DNA of 32,000 nucleotides from Geotalea uraniireducens Rf4 (GCF_000016745.1 NC_009483.1:3750001-3782000); one strand, 5' to 3'; positions 1 to 9,311 are shown, counted from the first letter of the stretch. Notes: generated by a model from the letters alone, not told the origin. Numbers and translations are program-made.

Positions 1-944
1 CAGCTTTCCAAGCGCTTCAAACGTGGAATTGAGTATTGCTGAAAGGTTGCATATATCCTGATGTTCCGAAGAAAGGTCAAATTGACCGCATGCAAAATGG
101 GAAGGGTGATCAGGTGAGGCATAAGGGTAGTGTGAGTTTAGCGTAAGCCAGTAAATGAATTTCGGTGCACTTGCAGCGCCCTGTGCTACAAGCACCTGCT
201 TGATCAAGGACGGTACCGTATCATCACAAATGCCACGAAAACTTGTGGAACCGCATCGTTCGTGGACGGGTTGAAGTTTGTCAATATCGTTAATAAACAG
301 ACTTGTGCGAAATCCGGCTTGAGGATACCATTCATTCCTGCCGAAAAATACCGGCATAAATCCATGCAGCGCAACGGTTTCATAGCCTTTGGCAGCAAAC
401 AGTGCAGGAAGAGATGTCCCCGATACGACATCTTCCGGATCTGAAGCACGTCGTGCATACAGTTCACGGAGTTCAGCTGACACCGTTGCTCCATAAAACG
501 GCACCGTTGCACGACGCACCTGATAACGCGATAACGGGCTGGGATTGGTCAGCGGTGCTACTATGGCCTGATTAAGAGCGGTATCATTGGAGAGTCCCCA
601 AGACTCGACAATCACTAGTACAACATGCTGCAGTGGCAAGATGCCCGCAGTAAGATCAGCACGTACACCTGACATTGCATACTCATTTGGGCCAAGTTCC
701 TTTTGTGGAATTTTTCGTTTCGTAATAGATGCCTTAATGTCGCGGCCAACTTTCACCAGCGCCGAACCGGCAATGTTATAGTTAAAATACGTAGCATCAC
801 TCAAGCGCGCAACAAAATTGGAGCCATTCAATACATCAAGCAATACAAGGCACAGTGGAACTACCAGCAATACTTTTCTACCTTGCAGGTTGTGTCTTTG
901 TAAGGTGACTGATTCTCTCTTGAACGTCAGATACCACATTATCA
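1..944 (-). pseudogene. C-terminal (catalytic) part of a membrane-anchored sulfatase-fold transferase (LtaS/OpgB/EptA-like). It runs off the left window edge and is separated from its N-terminal part by the ISL3 insertion.
   Basis: It is absent from the ORF track because it has no stop inside the window. My hand translation of the minus-strand frame (codons 939-937, 936-934, ...) is stop-free down to nt 1: (LI)MWYLTFKRESVTLQRHNLQGRKVLLVVPLCLVLLDVLNGS...LPLQHVVLVIVESWGLSNDTALNQAIVAPLTNP...VPFYGATVSAELRELYARRASDPEDV...FIYWLTLNSHYPYASPDHP. The VLVIVES and G-A-T-x-S-A-E segments resemble the metal-site and nucleophile segments of alkaline-phosphatase-superfamily transferases. It joins in frame to 2287..2598 when the IS and one duplication copy are removed. 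Confidence 0.8.
937..944. repeat. Left copy of the 8-bp target-site duplication CATTATCA of the ISL3 element
   Basis: An identical octamer lies immediately outside both inverted repeats (937-944 and 2287-2294). Confidence 0.9.
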
Positions 945-2286
945 GGCTCCTCGACGAATTGAGTGGGTAGCCTGGGCCGGGTTGATGTAAGATAGGCCAC
1001 CATCACTCAGCCTGGAGGTTAGTAATCGCTATGAATCCTGAAGATCTTTTTGGTGCTGCTCTTGGAATTGCCATCCCGTGGAAGGTTACCTCTGTTGACT
1101 TCAACAAGAAGTCAAGTCGTTTGGACATAACCATCGACTTCCAGCGGGGAGCCACCTTTCCCTGTCCGGTCTGCGGAACGTTGTCACCAGTCCATGACAC
1201 CACGGAGAAAGAGTGGCGGCATCTGAATTTCTTCCAGTACGAAGCCTACCTTCATGCGCGTGTTCCACGGGTAAAGTGCCCTAACAGCGACTGCGGCGTG
1301 AAGTTGGTCCAGGTACCCTGGGCTCGCGCAGGCTCAGGATTTACGCTGCTGTTTGAGGCCCTGGCCATGACCATGGCTCGTGATTTGCCGGTGAAGGTCA
1401 TGAGCAGGCTGTTTGCCGTTACCGATACCCGTCTATGGCGGTTGATTCAATCCTATGTCGAGAAGGCAAGGGCCGCAGAAGACTTCTCCGAGGTGAAGAG
1501 GGTCGGTGCGGATGAAACCTTTGCCGGGCGCAGTCATGACGAGAAATTCGTCACCTTCTTCTTCGACCTCGACATGCATAAGCTCTTGTTCGGCACGACG
1601 GGAAAGGACAACGAAACAGTCAAGAGCTTCGTCGCGGACCTTAAGTCACATGGCGGCGATCCTGATAGCATCACAGACGCTGCTATTGACATGTCCAAGG
1701 CATTCATAAAGGGTGTCAAAGAGCAGTTGCCCCATGCCGTGGTCACCTTCGATAAATTCCACGTCATCAAGCTTATGAACGATAAGCTTAGTAAGATAAG
1801 GGCTCAAGAAGCCAGGTTATTTCCTGAAATCCTGAAAAAGAGCAGAAACCTGTTCCTCAAAAATCCAGAGAACCTGACACCGGAAGAGGAACAGCGCCTG
1901 GATGCCATTATCACCAGTCAAAGCTTAAGGAGTACGGAAGCTTACATGCACAAGCTGAACCTTCAGAACGTCTATTTTGCTTCAAGCCGAACGGAGGCAG
2001 AAACCCTGTTGACCAAATGGCATCGGAAAGCCGCCGCAAGCTCAATCCAACTCATCAAGAACATGGCCGAATCTGTAAAAGAGCATTGGGATGGCATTCT
2101 GGCACATTTTGAAAGCGGCCTGACTAGCGGCTTCATTGAGGGCATCAACAGCCTAATTCAATCAGCCAAAACTCGGGCACGAGGCTATCGGAATCCTGAC
2201 AACTTGATCTGCATGGCTTATCTGGTTGCAGGCAAGCTCAACCTAAAGTCGCTATTCCCTCTACCCACTTGATTCGTTGCAGAGCC
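945..2286 (+). mobile_element. ISL3-family insertion sequence (1342 bp)
   Basis: The terminal inverted repeats are 945-970 GGCTCCTCGACGAATTGAGTGGGTAG and 2261-2286 (reverse complement GGCTCTGCAACGAATCAAGTGGGTAG), matching at 21 of 26 positions. A single transposase ORF ends inside the right IR. A perfect 8-bp direct repeat flanks the element, which is the duplication size typical of ISL3. Confidence 0.92.
1031..2272 (+). CDS. ISL3-family transposase
   Basis: 413-aa ORF. The N-terminal region has zinc-finger-like CPVCG and KCPNSDCG segments and RHLNFFQYEAYLHARVPRVKCP, which is characteristic of ISL3 transposases. A DDE-type body follows (ADETF..., ITDAAIDMSKAF..., FHVIK...). Confidence 0.92.
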   Translation: MNPEDLFGAALGIAIPWKVTSVDFNKKSSRLDITIDFQRGATFPCPVCGTLSPVHDTTEKEWRHLNFFQYEAYLHARVPRVKCPNSDCGVKLVQVPWARAGSGFTLLFEALAMTMARDLPVKVMSRLFAVTDTRLWRLIQSYVEKARAAEDFSEVKRVGADETFAGRSHDEKFVTFFFDLDMHKLLFGTTGKDNETVKSFVADLKSHGGDPDSITDAAIDMSKAFIKGVKEQLPHAVVTFDKFHVIKLMNDKLSKIRAQEARLFPEILKKSRNLFLKNPENLTPEEEQRLDAIITSQSLRSTEAYMHKLNLQNVYFASSRTEAETLLTKWHRKAAASSIQLIKNMAESVKEHWDGILAHFESGLTSGFIEGINSLIQSAKTRARGYRNPDNLICMAYLVAGKLNLKSLFPLPT

Positions 2287-2294
2287 CATTATCA
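2287..2294. repeat. Right copy of the 8-bp target-site duplication CATTATCA
   Basis: See 937-944. Confidence 0.9.
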
Positions 2295-2598
2295 GCAGAG
2301 GTGCAAAGAACAACACCAGAAGTAGCATAATATAGCTAACGTTAAAAGCAGATAGTTCTCGATATATAGTCAGGATAATAACAGGTTTTAAATGGTATGT
2401 TGGGGCAATAACTACTACCAAGTCTAGTATGAAAAATATAAGATACAAAACAGCCGCCAAGTATCTCCCTATAAACGGAGAGCAAAGTCCAACCAAGCAA
2501 TAGTCGAGGTTGACCAAAGGGCGTGTTGTTGCTGTAACTACCGACAAAACAGCGAAAATTGAGTTTGGCAGCAAGATGTAACGGAGAAAATATATCAT
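2287..2598 (-). pseudogene. N-terminal membrane-anchor part of the IS-split sulfatase-fold transferase
   Basis: ORF 2218..2598 reads MIYFLRYILLPNSIFAVLSVV...LLLVLFFAPLLIM (hydrophobic, several TM-like segments). It then reads through into the IS right IR (GSATNQVGRG...). The authentic coding part ends at the duplication, where LIM is encoded by CTGATAATG. Confidence 0.8.
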
Positions 2599-2875
2599 AG
2601 TATTATAACCAATAGCTCAGAGATGTACTGTTATAGAGTGCATATATTGCAACCATAGCCGTCAACAAAAAATCTGAATTATGCAACTTGGAATGAATAA
2701 TTTACGCGACGAAGAATCTGATTTGAGTTTTTGAGAATATGGGCAAAGGCGAGTCGGTGTCATCGAAAAGAATACTCAGGATAATCGTTCGTTATTTTAT
2801 GTAAGAGAGGCCGTTCTGACTGCTCATGACATTATTGCTGCAAATTGTAAAAACCATTTTATCCCCCTCAGCCGT

Positions 2876-4159
2876 TCAGGCTGAAAATCCACTAACAATC
2901 TCCATGAACTGTTGACTCACTACGTCTCTGTCGTGGTACTTCCGAATATACTCCTTTGCATGGATGGAAACGGAACGTCGAAGCTCTCTGTTGCGTAGAA
3001 GCGTGATAATATTCTCTACAAATTCTGAATCCGATTTTCCAATTAAAAGTTCACGTCCATGCGTGACGTGCAATCCTTCCGCACCGACAGGTGTTGTAAC
3101 AACAGGAACACCTATATTCATAACCTCCACAACCTTTGTTTTGATCCCTGTACCAAAATATACTGGATTCACGAAGACAGCTGTGCTTGAAATCGTAGCA
3201 ACAAAATCCTCAACGTACCCGAGGAGTTCCACGTTGCGGGGCATCCGCGATGCAAGCTCCTTCACCGCAGTTGTTGCGTTACCCCCGATGATCAAGAAGC
3301 GTACGTCGGGCACCTTAGACACGACGATGGGAAACACCTTGTCCAGAAAATAGCATAGCCCCTTCTCGTTGTGCGGTATGTTCAGCAGCCCCATGAAGCT
3401 GAGACTCGGGAAAGATGTCGCCCCTGCATCCTCACCGGTCTTCGCTAGCTGAACGGCAGGATAAATGTGGGAAACAGTCGAGCGCCCTGATCGGGCGCGC
3501 ATTTCCTTCGCCTCAGTCGGGGAGATCACAATAGTGTGGTCGTAACTGCGAATACACTCGATTTCCCTATTCCGTATTCGCTCTGCCTCCGTCTTCAGGA
3601 TAGCTTTCCGCAGCAGCGTATTGGCGACGACATCCAGGAACCGCGGCACTTTTGCCACGAAATTTCCGAGGATATTGATCTCAGGGTTATCCAGAAAACT
3701 GCGGTAGCGGTCGGACAGGATATCGTCCATCCCGAATATCCGCCGCGCGTCCACCTTAGGACATCCCTCGAAGTACTGGGCCGTCCGAAGCATGTCACAG
3801 AAAATGATGTCAGGCTCGATTCTCTGCGCCTCGCAAAGGACCCTCCGCTGTAGATCTCCACTGAAAAAGAATGACTCCTGGATGCTCTTTCGCGACAGTA
3901 GGAGAGAATGTAGTATGACGTTGTACAGCGATGCAGCAATCCCAGGGAGTGGAAGAAGGTGGATCTCCTTGATTCCCGCCACCATTTTCTTCAGAGATTC
4001 CGCTGCGTCGGACTTTTCCCTGCCCCCTCGCTCCATAGCGAAAAAATATATTTCCGCCCCCCCATCGGAGTAGTATTGAAGGTACTGGACTAGCATGCTT
4101 TCTCTTCCACCACAGATCGGGAAAGGAAGACGGGAACTGAGAAACAGAACTTTCTTCAT
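2876..4159 (-). CDS. Glycosyltransferase, family 4 (GT-B, Glycos_transf_1 type)
   Basis: The C-terminal donor-domain signature is ...FVNPVYFGTGIKTKVVEVMNIGVPVVTTPVGAEGL. The ORF track starts at a GTG (4165). I prefer ATG 4159, which has GGAGG 5 nt upstream and an ATGA start/stop overlap with the preceding gene. Confidence 0.88.
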   Translation of the reverse strand: MKKVLFLSSRLPFPICGGRESMLVQYLQYYSDGGAEIYFFAMERGGREKSDAAESLKKMVAGIKEIHLLPLPGIAASLYNVILHSLLLSRKSIQESFFFSGDLQRRVLCEAQRIEPDIIFCDMLRTAQYFEGCPKVDARRIFGMDDILSDRYRSFLDNPEINILGNFVAKVPRFLDVVANTLLRKAILKTEAERIRNREIECIRSYDHTIVISPTEAKEMRARSGRSTVSHIYPAVQLAKTGEDAGATSFPSLSFMGLLNIPHNEKGLCYFLDKVFPIVVSKVPDVRFLIIGGNATTAVKELASRMPRNVELLGYVEDFVATISSTAVFVNPVYFGTGIKTKVVEVMNIGVPVVTTPVGAEGLHVTHGRELLIGKSDSEFVENIITLLRNRELRRSVSIHAKEYIRKYHDRDVVSQQFMEIVSGFSA

Positions 4160-5370
4160 CTCCACCTCCGGACGAGGTTTTCGTATCCCGAGAGCACGTT
4201 TCCAACAATTTTTTCCCAGCTGTACTTACTCTCGACAAGCTCTCTCCCCCCCGCTACGAGCCGTGCCGAAACCTCATCGTCGCGAAGGACAGTGAGTACG
4301 CAACGGGCAAAGGAGAGTGGGTCTCCTCCTATAAGGATGTCGGTGCCATCCTTGACGAAAATACCCTCCGCCCCGACAGGGGTTGATACGACGGGTATTC
4401 CCCAGGCAAAGTAGTTCAGAATCTTCACCCTCATTCCTCCGCCGACGTGAAGGGGAACAACGGCAACACGCGATTTCCGTAGGTAAGGGAGTGGATCGTC
4501 GACGAAGCCTAGCACCTGAACGGTTTCCGAACGGTATCGCTGCAGCCATTCCGGCGTATTCTTGCCGATGATGTAAAACTTTGTCTTCGGGGACTCCTTA
4601 AGAACCAGCGGCAATACCTCCTCCAGAAACCAAACAATCCCTTGTTGGTTGGGAATCCAATCCATCGCTGCGATGGAAACGATGTCCGTCGCACTTGGTT
4701 CTCGTTGGACTGTGGAAATAGTGGAAATGTCAACTCCCGCGGGTGCGACATGAACTCGCTCTTCAACAGACGGATCGAGATCGATAAAACGATGCCTGTC
4801 CTCCTCGGTGATCGCCAGAATCCTATCGAAAATACCTATCGTACGCTTTTCGTACTCCTTCAGCCTTTGTGCCTGAATCTCCATTACGTGCTTCAACAGG
4901 GGGTTCCGCAGGCTGTCGGCGTAGCGCGTGAGAATCGTGTGCTCCGCATTGTGCTGCCTCAGCACTACCGGAATATGAGGAAAGTGCTTCTTGATCTGAA
5001 CCCCGTAATGCGCCATGTGTAGATGCTCTACATGCACAAGATCAATACTGCTTTGAGTTAAAGCCTGAAGAATGGACTCCAGCATATCGGGATAAATGTA
5101 CTTTGCCATGTTATACGGCAAATTAGAAAATAAAGTATTCAGTGCTAAGCGATACTTCTTGTTTTTAACGTCCTTTGAAATAAACTTAAAGGAATTAACT
5201 AAAGAAGCAAGTTCAGATGTTTCGCAATTCGATTCTTCTTCTGGAATAATTGACTGCAACAAAACATTGCAACCCTTAGAGCTAAATTGCTTTAAGAAGT
5301 TAAATAGAACAATTTTACCTCCGTCAATAGGCGGATAAGGTAGTCTATGTGTTAGCACGAGTATTTGCAT
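4156..5370 (-). CDS. Glycosyltransferase, family 4
   Basis: 404 aa. MQILVLTHRLPYPPIDGGK at the N-terminus and ...PLHVGGGMRVKILNYFAWGIPVVSTPVGAEGI in the C-terminal domain are typical of GT4 retaining transferases. Confidence 0.88.
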   Translation of the reverse strand: MQILVLTHRLPYPPIDGGKIVLFNFLKQFSSKGCNVLLQSIIPEEESNCETSELASLVNSFKFISKDVKNKKYRLALNTLFSNLPYNMAKYIYPDMLESILQALTQSSIDLVHVEHLHMAHYGVQIKKHFPHIPVVLRQHNAEHTILTRYADSLRNPLLKHVMEIQAQRLKEYEKRTIGIFDRILAITEEDRHRFIDLDPSVEERVHVAPAGVDISTISTVQREPSATDIVSIAAMDWIPNQQGIVWFLEEVLPLVLKESPKTKFYIIGKNTPEWLQRYRSETVQVLGFVDDPLPYLRKSRVAVVPLHVGGGMRVKILNYFAWGIPVVSTPVGAEGIFVKDGTDILIGGDPLSFARCVLTVLRDDEVSARLVAGGRELVESKYSWEKIVGNVLSGYENLVRRWR

Positions 5371-5373
5371 AAA

Positions 5374-6663
5374 TTAAAGTCTTATCCTTATTCTTTTGAG
5401 TGGATAACAAATCAGATGCATTAGAACAAATAATAGAGCAATTGTCATAAAAGCGACTACTGCAGTTTCAAAACTCGTTCGATATAGTGAAAGCAGTACC
5501 ATCAAGTAATATATAGAAAATATTTTTATATATTTGTTATCTGAAAGCATACCTTTATATAATATTGATGTTAATAAACTAAATAAGATTGCAATCACAA
5601 TAACGCCTACATATCCTGCGTTCATATAACCCATTACTGGAATAGTAAATGTTTGCGTAGAATTATTATAAAACCCTTCACCAAATAGCTTGGTAGTAAT
5701 AATAGCTTCAATACCTGTGTCAGGTTTGAACGGTAATAAAGCGCGAGGCACTATGGCAATAGGTGTTAATAATATATATTTAAACAATAACCAGTCGAAC
5801 TGATACCTATTGTGCAAAAGCATAATCCCGCAGTCTACCGGATTAAGGTCTGTGAGTAATGACAATAATGGAACAAGAAGTGAATATTGCCGATCCAATG
5901 TAGAAAGATTTAGTGATAATCCAGCCCTAGCTAGATTTGCAAAAAATAGTACATTTATGATTATGAAACCAAATAAAATAACATTTATAATTCGTAATCT
6001 CAGCCGACCAATAGAAATGTAATAAAAAAAGATCGACAGCAGCAATACAGCGTATTCAGTCCTACTGGCTGTTTTATTTATATAAAAGAGCATACAAAAC
6101 AAAACAACTACTGCTATAATTACAAATACATAATTTCTATCGATATATCTTATCATCAGTATCATCATTGGCAATACTGATAAACTAGCAAGAACATTCA
6201 AATACCAGCTACCTTGCGCCTGGTTCATTGTCACTTCGAACAAATTATATGATTTATAGAAATACAAGAAATCATGATATTTAACAACATTTGCAATATA
6301 TGATATGGCAATAAAAATGGCTGTCAACAATACAAGAGAAGTGAATGAATGTTTATTGAAATTGAATAGTTTTGTAGCCCTGTCACACACGTTTTTATTA
6401 TTAACCCAAAATAACAAGCCTATTGAAAATATGGTGATGAATAATAAACCGATAAAAAGATAAAGATTTATGCTAGTAATGGCCTCTTTATCAAAATAAA
6501 ACAAATAGAGATCATATTTAAACATTAATAGGGGTTTTAATGAGTAGAGAACAAAATGCCATGCAAAAACAAGCATCAAAGCATAGTTTGAATGCTTCTT
6601 AAAGCAAATTGTTGCGAAAAATATACATGCAATTGCATTCGCTATGATTAATAAAATTGTCAT
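5374..6663 (-). CDS. wzy: Polytopic membrane protein, O-antigen polymerase (Wzy)-like
   Basis: 429 aa, very AT-rich and almost entirely hydrophobic, with roughly 10 or more TM-like segments. It is embedded between glycosyltransferases and sits in the same cluster as a Wzx flippase. The assignment rests on context and topology, not on a recognised motif. Confidence 0.6.
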   Translation of the reverse strand: MTILLIIANAIACIFFATICFKKHSNYALMLVFAWHFVLYSLKPLLMFKYDLYLFYFDKEAITSINLYLFIGLLFITIFSIGLLFWVNNKNVCDRATKLFNFNKHSFTSLVLLTAIFIAISYIANVVKYHDFLYFYKSYNLFEVTMNQAQGSWYLNVLASLSVLPMMILMIRYIDRNYVFVIIAVVVLFCMLFYINKTASRTEYAVLLLSIFFYYISIGRLRLRIINVILFGFIIINVLFFANLARAGLSLNLSTLDRQYSLLVPLLSLLTDLNPVDCGIMLLHNRYQFDWLLFKYILLTPIAIVPRALLPFKPDTGIEAIITTKLFGEGFYNNSTQTFTIPVMGYMNAGYVGVIVIAILFSLLTSILYKGMLSDNKYIKIFSIYYLMVLLSLYRTSFETAVVAFMTIALLFVLMHLICYPLKRIRIRL

Positions 6664-6665
6664 AT

Positions 6666-7559
6666 TTATAAATAAAAGCCCTCAACAAAGCTTAAATTTA
6701 TCAATTTAAATACGTCATAGTTTTTTTTAAATCTTTTTGAGAATACAAAACATGTAATGGTCTTAATATAAAATAGAACACAATAAATATATTTGAGAAC
6801 ATTATTCTGTTTCAGTAAATAATAAACTTTATTTCGTATCATATGTCTTATTGTAAAGTGACTTTCAAGACCACCGGTTAAACTGCTTACTTTATGATAG
6901 AAATCAATATGTGGGTAATAGTACATGGATATATTATGTTTGTATAGCCTATAACAAAAGTCAGTATCATCGAAGTAAACAAAATACTTTTCGTCCATGA
7001 TTCCGACTATGTCAAAAACACACTTCTTAATTAACATACAACATGTTGGTGCATATTGTATTTGTTTTTGATAATCATACTGCCCATTATCATGTTCATT
7101 CATTCCAATATGGTAGTTTGAATAACCTTTCCATTTGCTAAAATAACCACCTGCAAACCATATTAATGATTTATTGTCATGATATATCATTTTTGGGACA
7201 ATCACATCGCAATTGCATTTACTCATTGAATCCATTAGTTTTTCAAGCATAGATTGTTCGAATTCAACATCATTATTAATTAAAAGTATATGCCCGCACT
7301 CGTTAGAAACTGCTTTTTCAATACCTTGATTATTACCTGCTGCAACACCTACATTTGTATTGTTGGGTAAAATAACTATACGAGAATCATCATAGTTTTT
7401 GAGCCGACCTAAAGTGTCATCAGTTGACGCATTATCAACAATGTAGAGAATGAAGATTTCATACGATTGCGAAAGCATAGACTCCATGAAATCTTCAATT
7501 ACATCACCGCTATTATAGGTGACTGTGACGACACCAACTTTAGAAGGTCTTTCAACCAT
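6666..7559 (-). CDS. Glycosyltransferase, family 2
   Basis: The N-terminus VGVVTVTYNSGDVIEDFMESMLSQSYEIFILYIVDNASTDDT, together with DDTDFCYR, fits GT2 of the rhamnosyltransferase-like subgroup. Confidence 0.85.
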   Translation of the reverse strand: MVERPSKVGVVTVTYNSGDVIEDFMESMLSQSYEIFILYIVDNASTDDTLGRLKNYDDSRIVILPNNTNVGVAAGNNQGIEKAVSNECGHILLINNDVEFEQSMLEKLMDSMSKCNCDVIVPKMIYHDNKSLIWFAGGYFSKWKGYSNYHIGMNEHDNGQYDYQKQIQYAPTCCMLIKKCVFDIVGIMDEKYFVYFDDTDFCYRLYKHNISMYYYPHIDFYHKVSSLTGGLESHFTIRHMIRNKVYYLLKQNNVLKYIYCVLFYIKTITCFVFSKRFKKNYDVFKLINLSFVEGFYL

Positions 7560-8682
7560 GAAGCAATCCCTTCGACTTCATCTCATTCAGCGATGCTTCA
7601 TATTTGTCTGATTCCAGCTGTTGCGTTTCAGCCCATGCTAGGAATTTATTGATGCCTTCAGCAAATAATGTCCTTGGCTCATATCCAAGTTTCTCTCTGA
7701 TTCTAGTAATATCTGCTAGGTTATGTCGTATGTCACCGTCCCGGAACGCACCATTTACATTGATTTTTGATGAGCTACCAAAGTAGGATACTATTTTTTC
7801 AACAACTTCAAGAACCGTTGTTTTCTCACCGCTGCCAACATTTAGGGCAGCGATCGTATTTGGAGTAGTATGACTGATACTGCGCCATGTCGCCTCGACC
7901 ACGTCATCTATATAGACGAAGTCCCGGCTTTCCTGCCCGTCCTCAAATATATAAATCGGCTGACCAGCACGAGCTAAATTAGAAAATATTGCCAGTATGC
8001 CAGTGTATGGGTTTTTCAAAGATTGGCCAGGACCATAAACATTTTGATAACGCAGGGCATAAGCAGACAGTCCCATGCTTTCTGCAAAAAGTAATGTCAT
8101 TTGCTCTTGTATCTGTTTCGTAATGCCGTAAAAAGAGGACGGGCTGAATCTTGCTTCTTCGTCCGTAGGCAGCATCGAACACGTGGCATTACAGACGGGA
8201 CAGAGCGGATCATACAAGCCAGCTTTGAGATCACTCGTCTTTCTTTTGGATGGATAGACCACACCATGAGAAGTACAAGAATATTTGCCCTCGCCATATA
8301 CCGCTCTTGAGGATGCAACAACAATTTTATGTATGCTGTGGTTCTTATTATTAACAAGATAATCGAATATTACAGCGGTACCTTTAAGGTTGACGTCTTC
8401 ATACCTTACAACCTCATACATCGATTGTCCGGTGCCGGTTTCTGCGGCAAGATGCACCAACACATCTTGCCCTTGGAGCGCACGTGCGACTACTTCTGGA
8501 TCCCTGACATCGCCAACAATCAGATTTACACTCCCAGCTATGTCTGGCGGTAATATTTTAGATGTGCCATGAATTTGTTCGCTGAAGTTATCCAGAATGG
8601 TGACATGGCAATTCTCTGTCAGAAGCTTACGAGTCAGATTGGTACCGATAAAACCTGCCCCACCTGTTACTAAAACATTCAT
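7552..8682 (-). CDS. NAD-dependent nucleotide-sugar epimerase/dehydratase (extended SDR) with a Cys/His-rich insertion
   Basis: It has the Rossmann motif VLVTGGAGFIG and the catalytic segments ASSRAVYG ... YGITK (YxxxK). The start is chosen at ATG 8682 (MNVLVTGG), which overlaps the upstream stop as TGATG. The ORF-track start at 8700 lies inside the upstream gene and has no RBS. Confidence 0.85.
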   Translation of the reverse strand: MNVLVTGGAGFIGTNLTRKLLTENCHVTILDNFSEQIHGTSKILPPDIAGSVNLIVGDVRDPEVVARALQGQDVLVHLAAETGTGQSMYEVVRYEDVNLKGTAVIFDYLVNNKNHSIHKIVVASSRAVYGEGKYSCTSHGVVYPSKRKTSDLKAGLYDPLCPVCNATCSMLPTDEEARFSPSSFYGITKQIQEQMTLLFAESMGLSAYALRYQNVYGPGQSLKNPYTGILAIFSNLARAGQPIYIFEDGQESRDFVYIDDVVEATWRSISHTTPNTIAALNVGSGEKTTVLEVVEKIVSYFGSSSKINVNGAFRDGDIRHNLADITRIREKLGYEPRTLFAEGINKFLAWAETQQLESDKYEASLNEMKSKGLLHG

Positions 8683-9290
8683 CAGGATACTTTCTCCCAT
8701 TCATTTGAGTTGTGGTTATATCGTCTGATTAATTTTGCTGGTGTTCCTGCTACTAAACAATAATCTGGTATGTTCTGTGCGACCACAGTATTTGCTGCGA
8801 CAATACAATGTTTACCGATTGAAACCCCTGGAAGAATTACGCTGTTATTGTATATGTAGGTCTGGTCACCGATCGACACTGGACGCACTTCAATTTTCTG
8901 TAGATTTATGGGAATTTCAATATCGTCATATAAATGATTTATGTCTGTGATGGTAACGTTTGAAGTGATAACAACATTTTTGCCAATTGTAATATTTTTA
9001 GCACACGTTATGTGAGCATTTTGATGTATTTGAGTGTAATCGCCAACAATAAACTCTGGACTAAAGGTTTGAGAACCATATGCACCTAGTACTTCAATTC
9101 TGCAATTTTTAAATATTATGACTCTGCTGCCTAATGACCAATTCTTTAAACCTGAAAATAATATCGGCTTATTTATTAAACATCGTCTCCCCATGTGTTT
9201 AACAAATAATTTATAGAAAAGACTAGTTTTTATGGTTACGTATAAATTGCTTAACTTGTTAAGATAATCGTACGCATTGTATTTGAACAT
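8682..9290 (-). CDS. Hexapeptide-repeat (left-handed beta-helix) O-/N-acyltransferase
   Basis: 202 aa with repeated [LIV]-G-x-x-x-x hexads, for example ITIGKNVVITSNVTITD and SIGDQTYIYNNSVILPGVSIGKHCIVAANTVV. This is the WbbJ/Maa-like family. Confidence 0.8.
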   Translation of the reverse strand: MFKYNAYDYLNKLSNLYVTIKTSLFYKLFVKHMGRRCLINKPILFSGLKNWSLGSRVIIFKNCRIEVLGAYGSQTFSPEFIVGDYTQIHQNAHITCAKNITIGKNVVITSNVTITDINHLYDDIEIPINLQKIEVRPVSIGDQTYIYNNSVILPGVSIGKHCIVAANTVVAQNIPDYCLVAGTPAKLIRRYNHNSNEWEKVS

Positions 9291-9311
9291 GTCCTATTTA
9301 CCTCAGATTAG

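Noticed and set aside
204-903. ORF-track entries 204..512(-), 262..444(+), 587..781(+) and 703..903(+) at the left edge
   Set aside because: They are in the wrong frame or on the wrong strand. A different minus-strand frame is stop-free from 939 to nt 1 and encodes a recognisable sulfatase-fold transferase. That frame is missing from the track only because it has no stop in the window.
2218-2286. C-terminal 22 residues of ORF 2218..2598 (GSATNQVGRGNSDFRLSLPATR), and likewise the tail of ORF 30550..31290 (..DKCQDIGYPDVSRHRLPLTPFFVSRHRLPSLEISATMFSVIST)
   Set aside because: In both cases this is read-through translation into IS terminal sequences, not authentic protein sequence.
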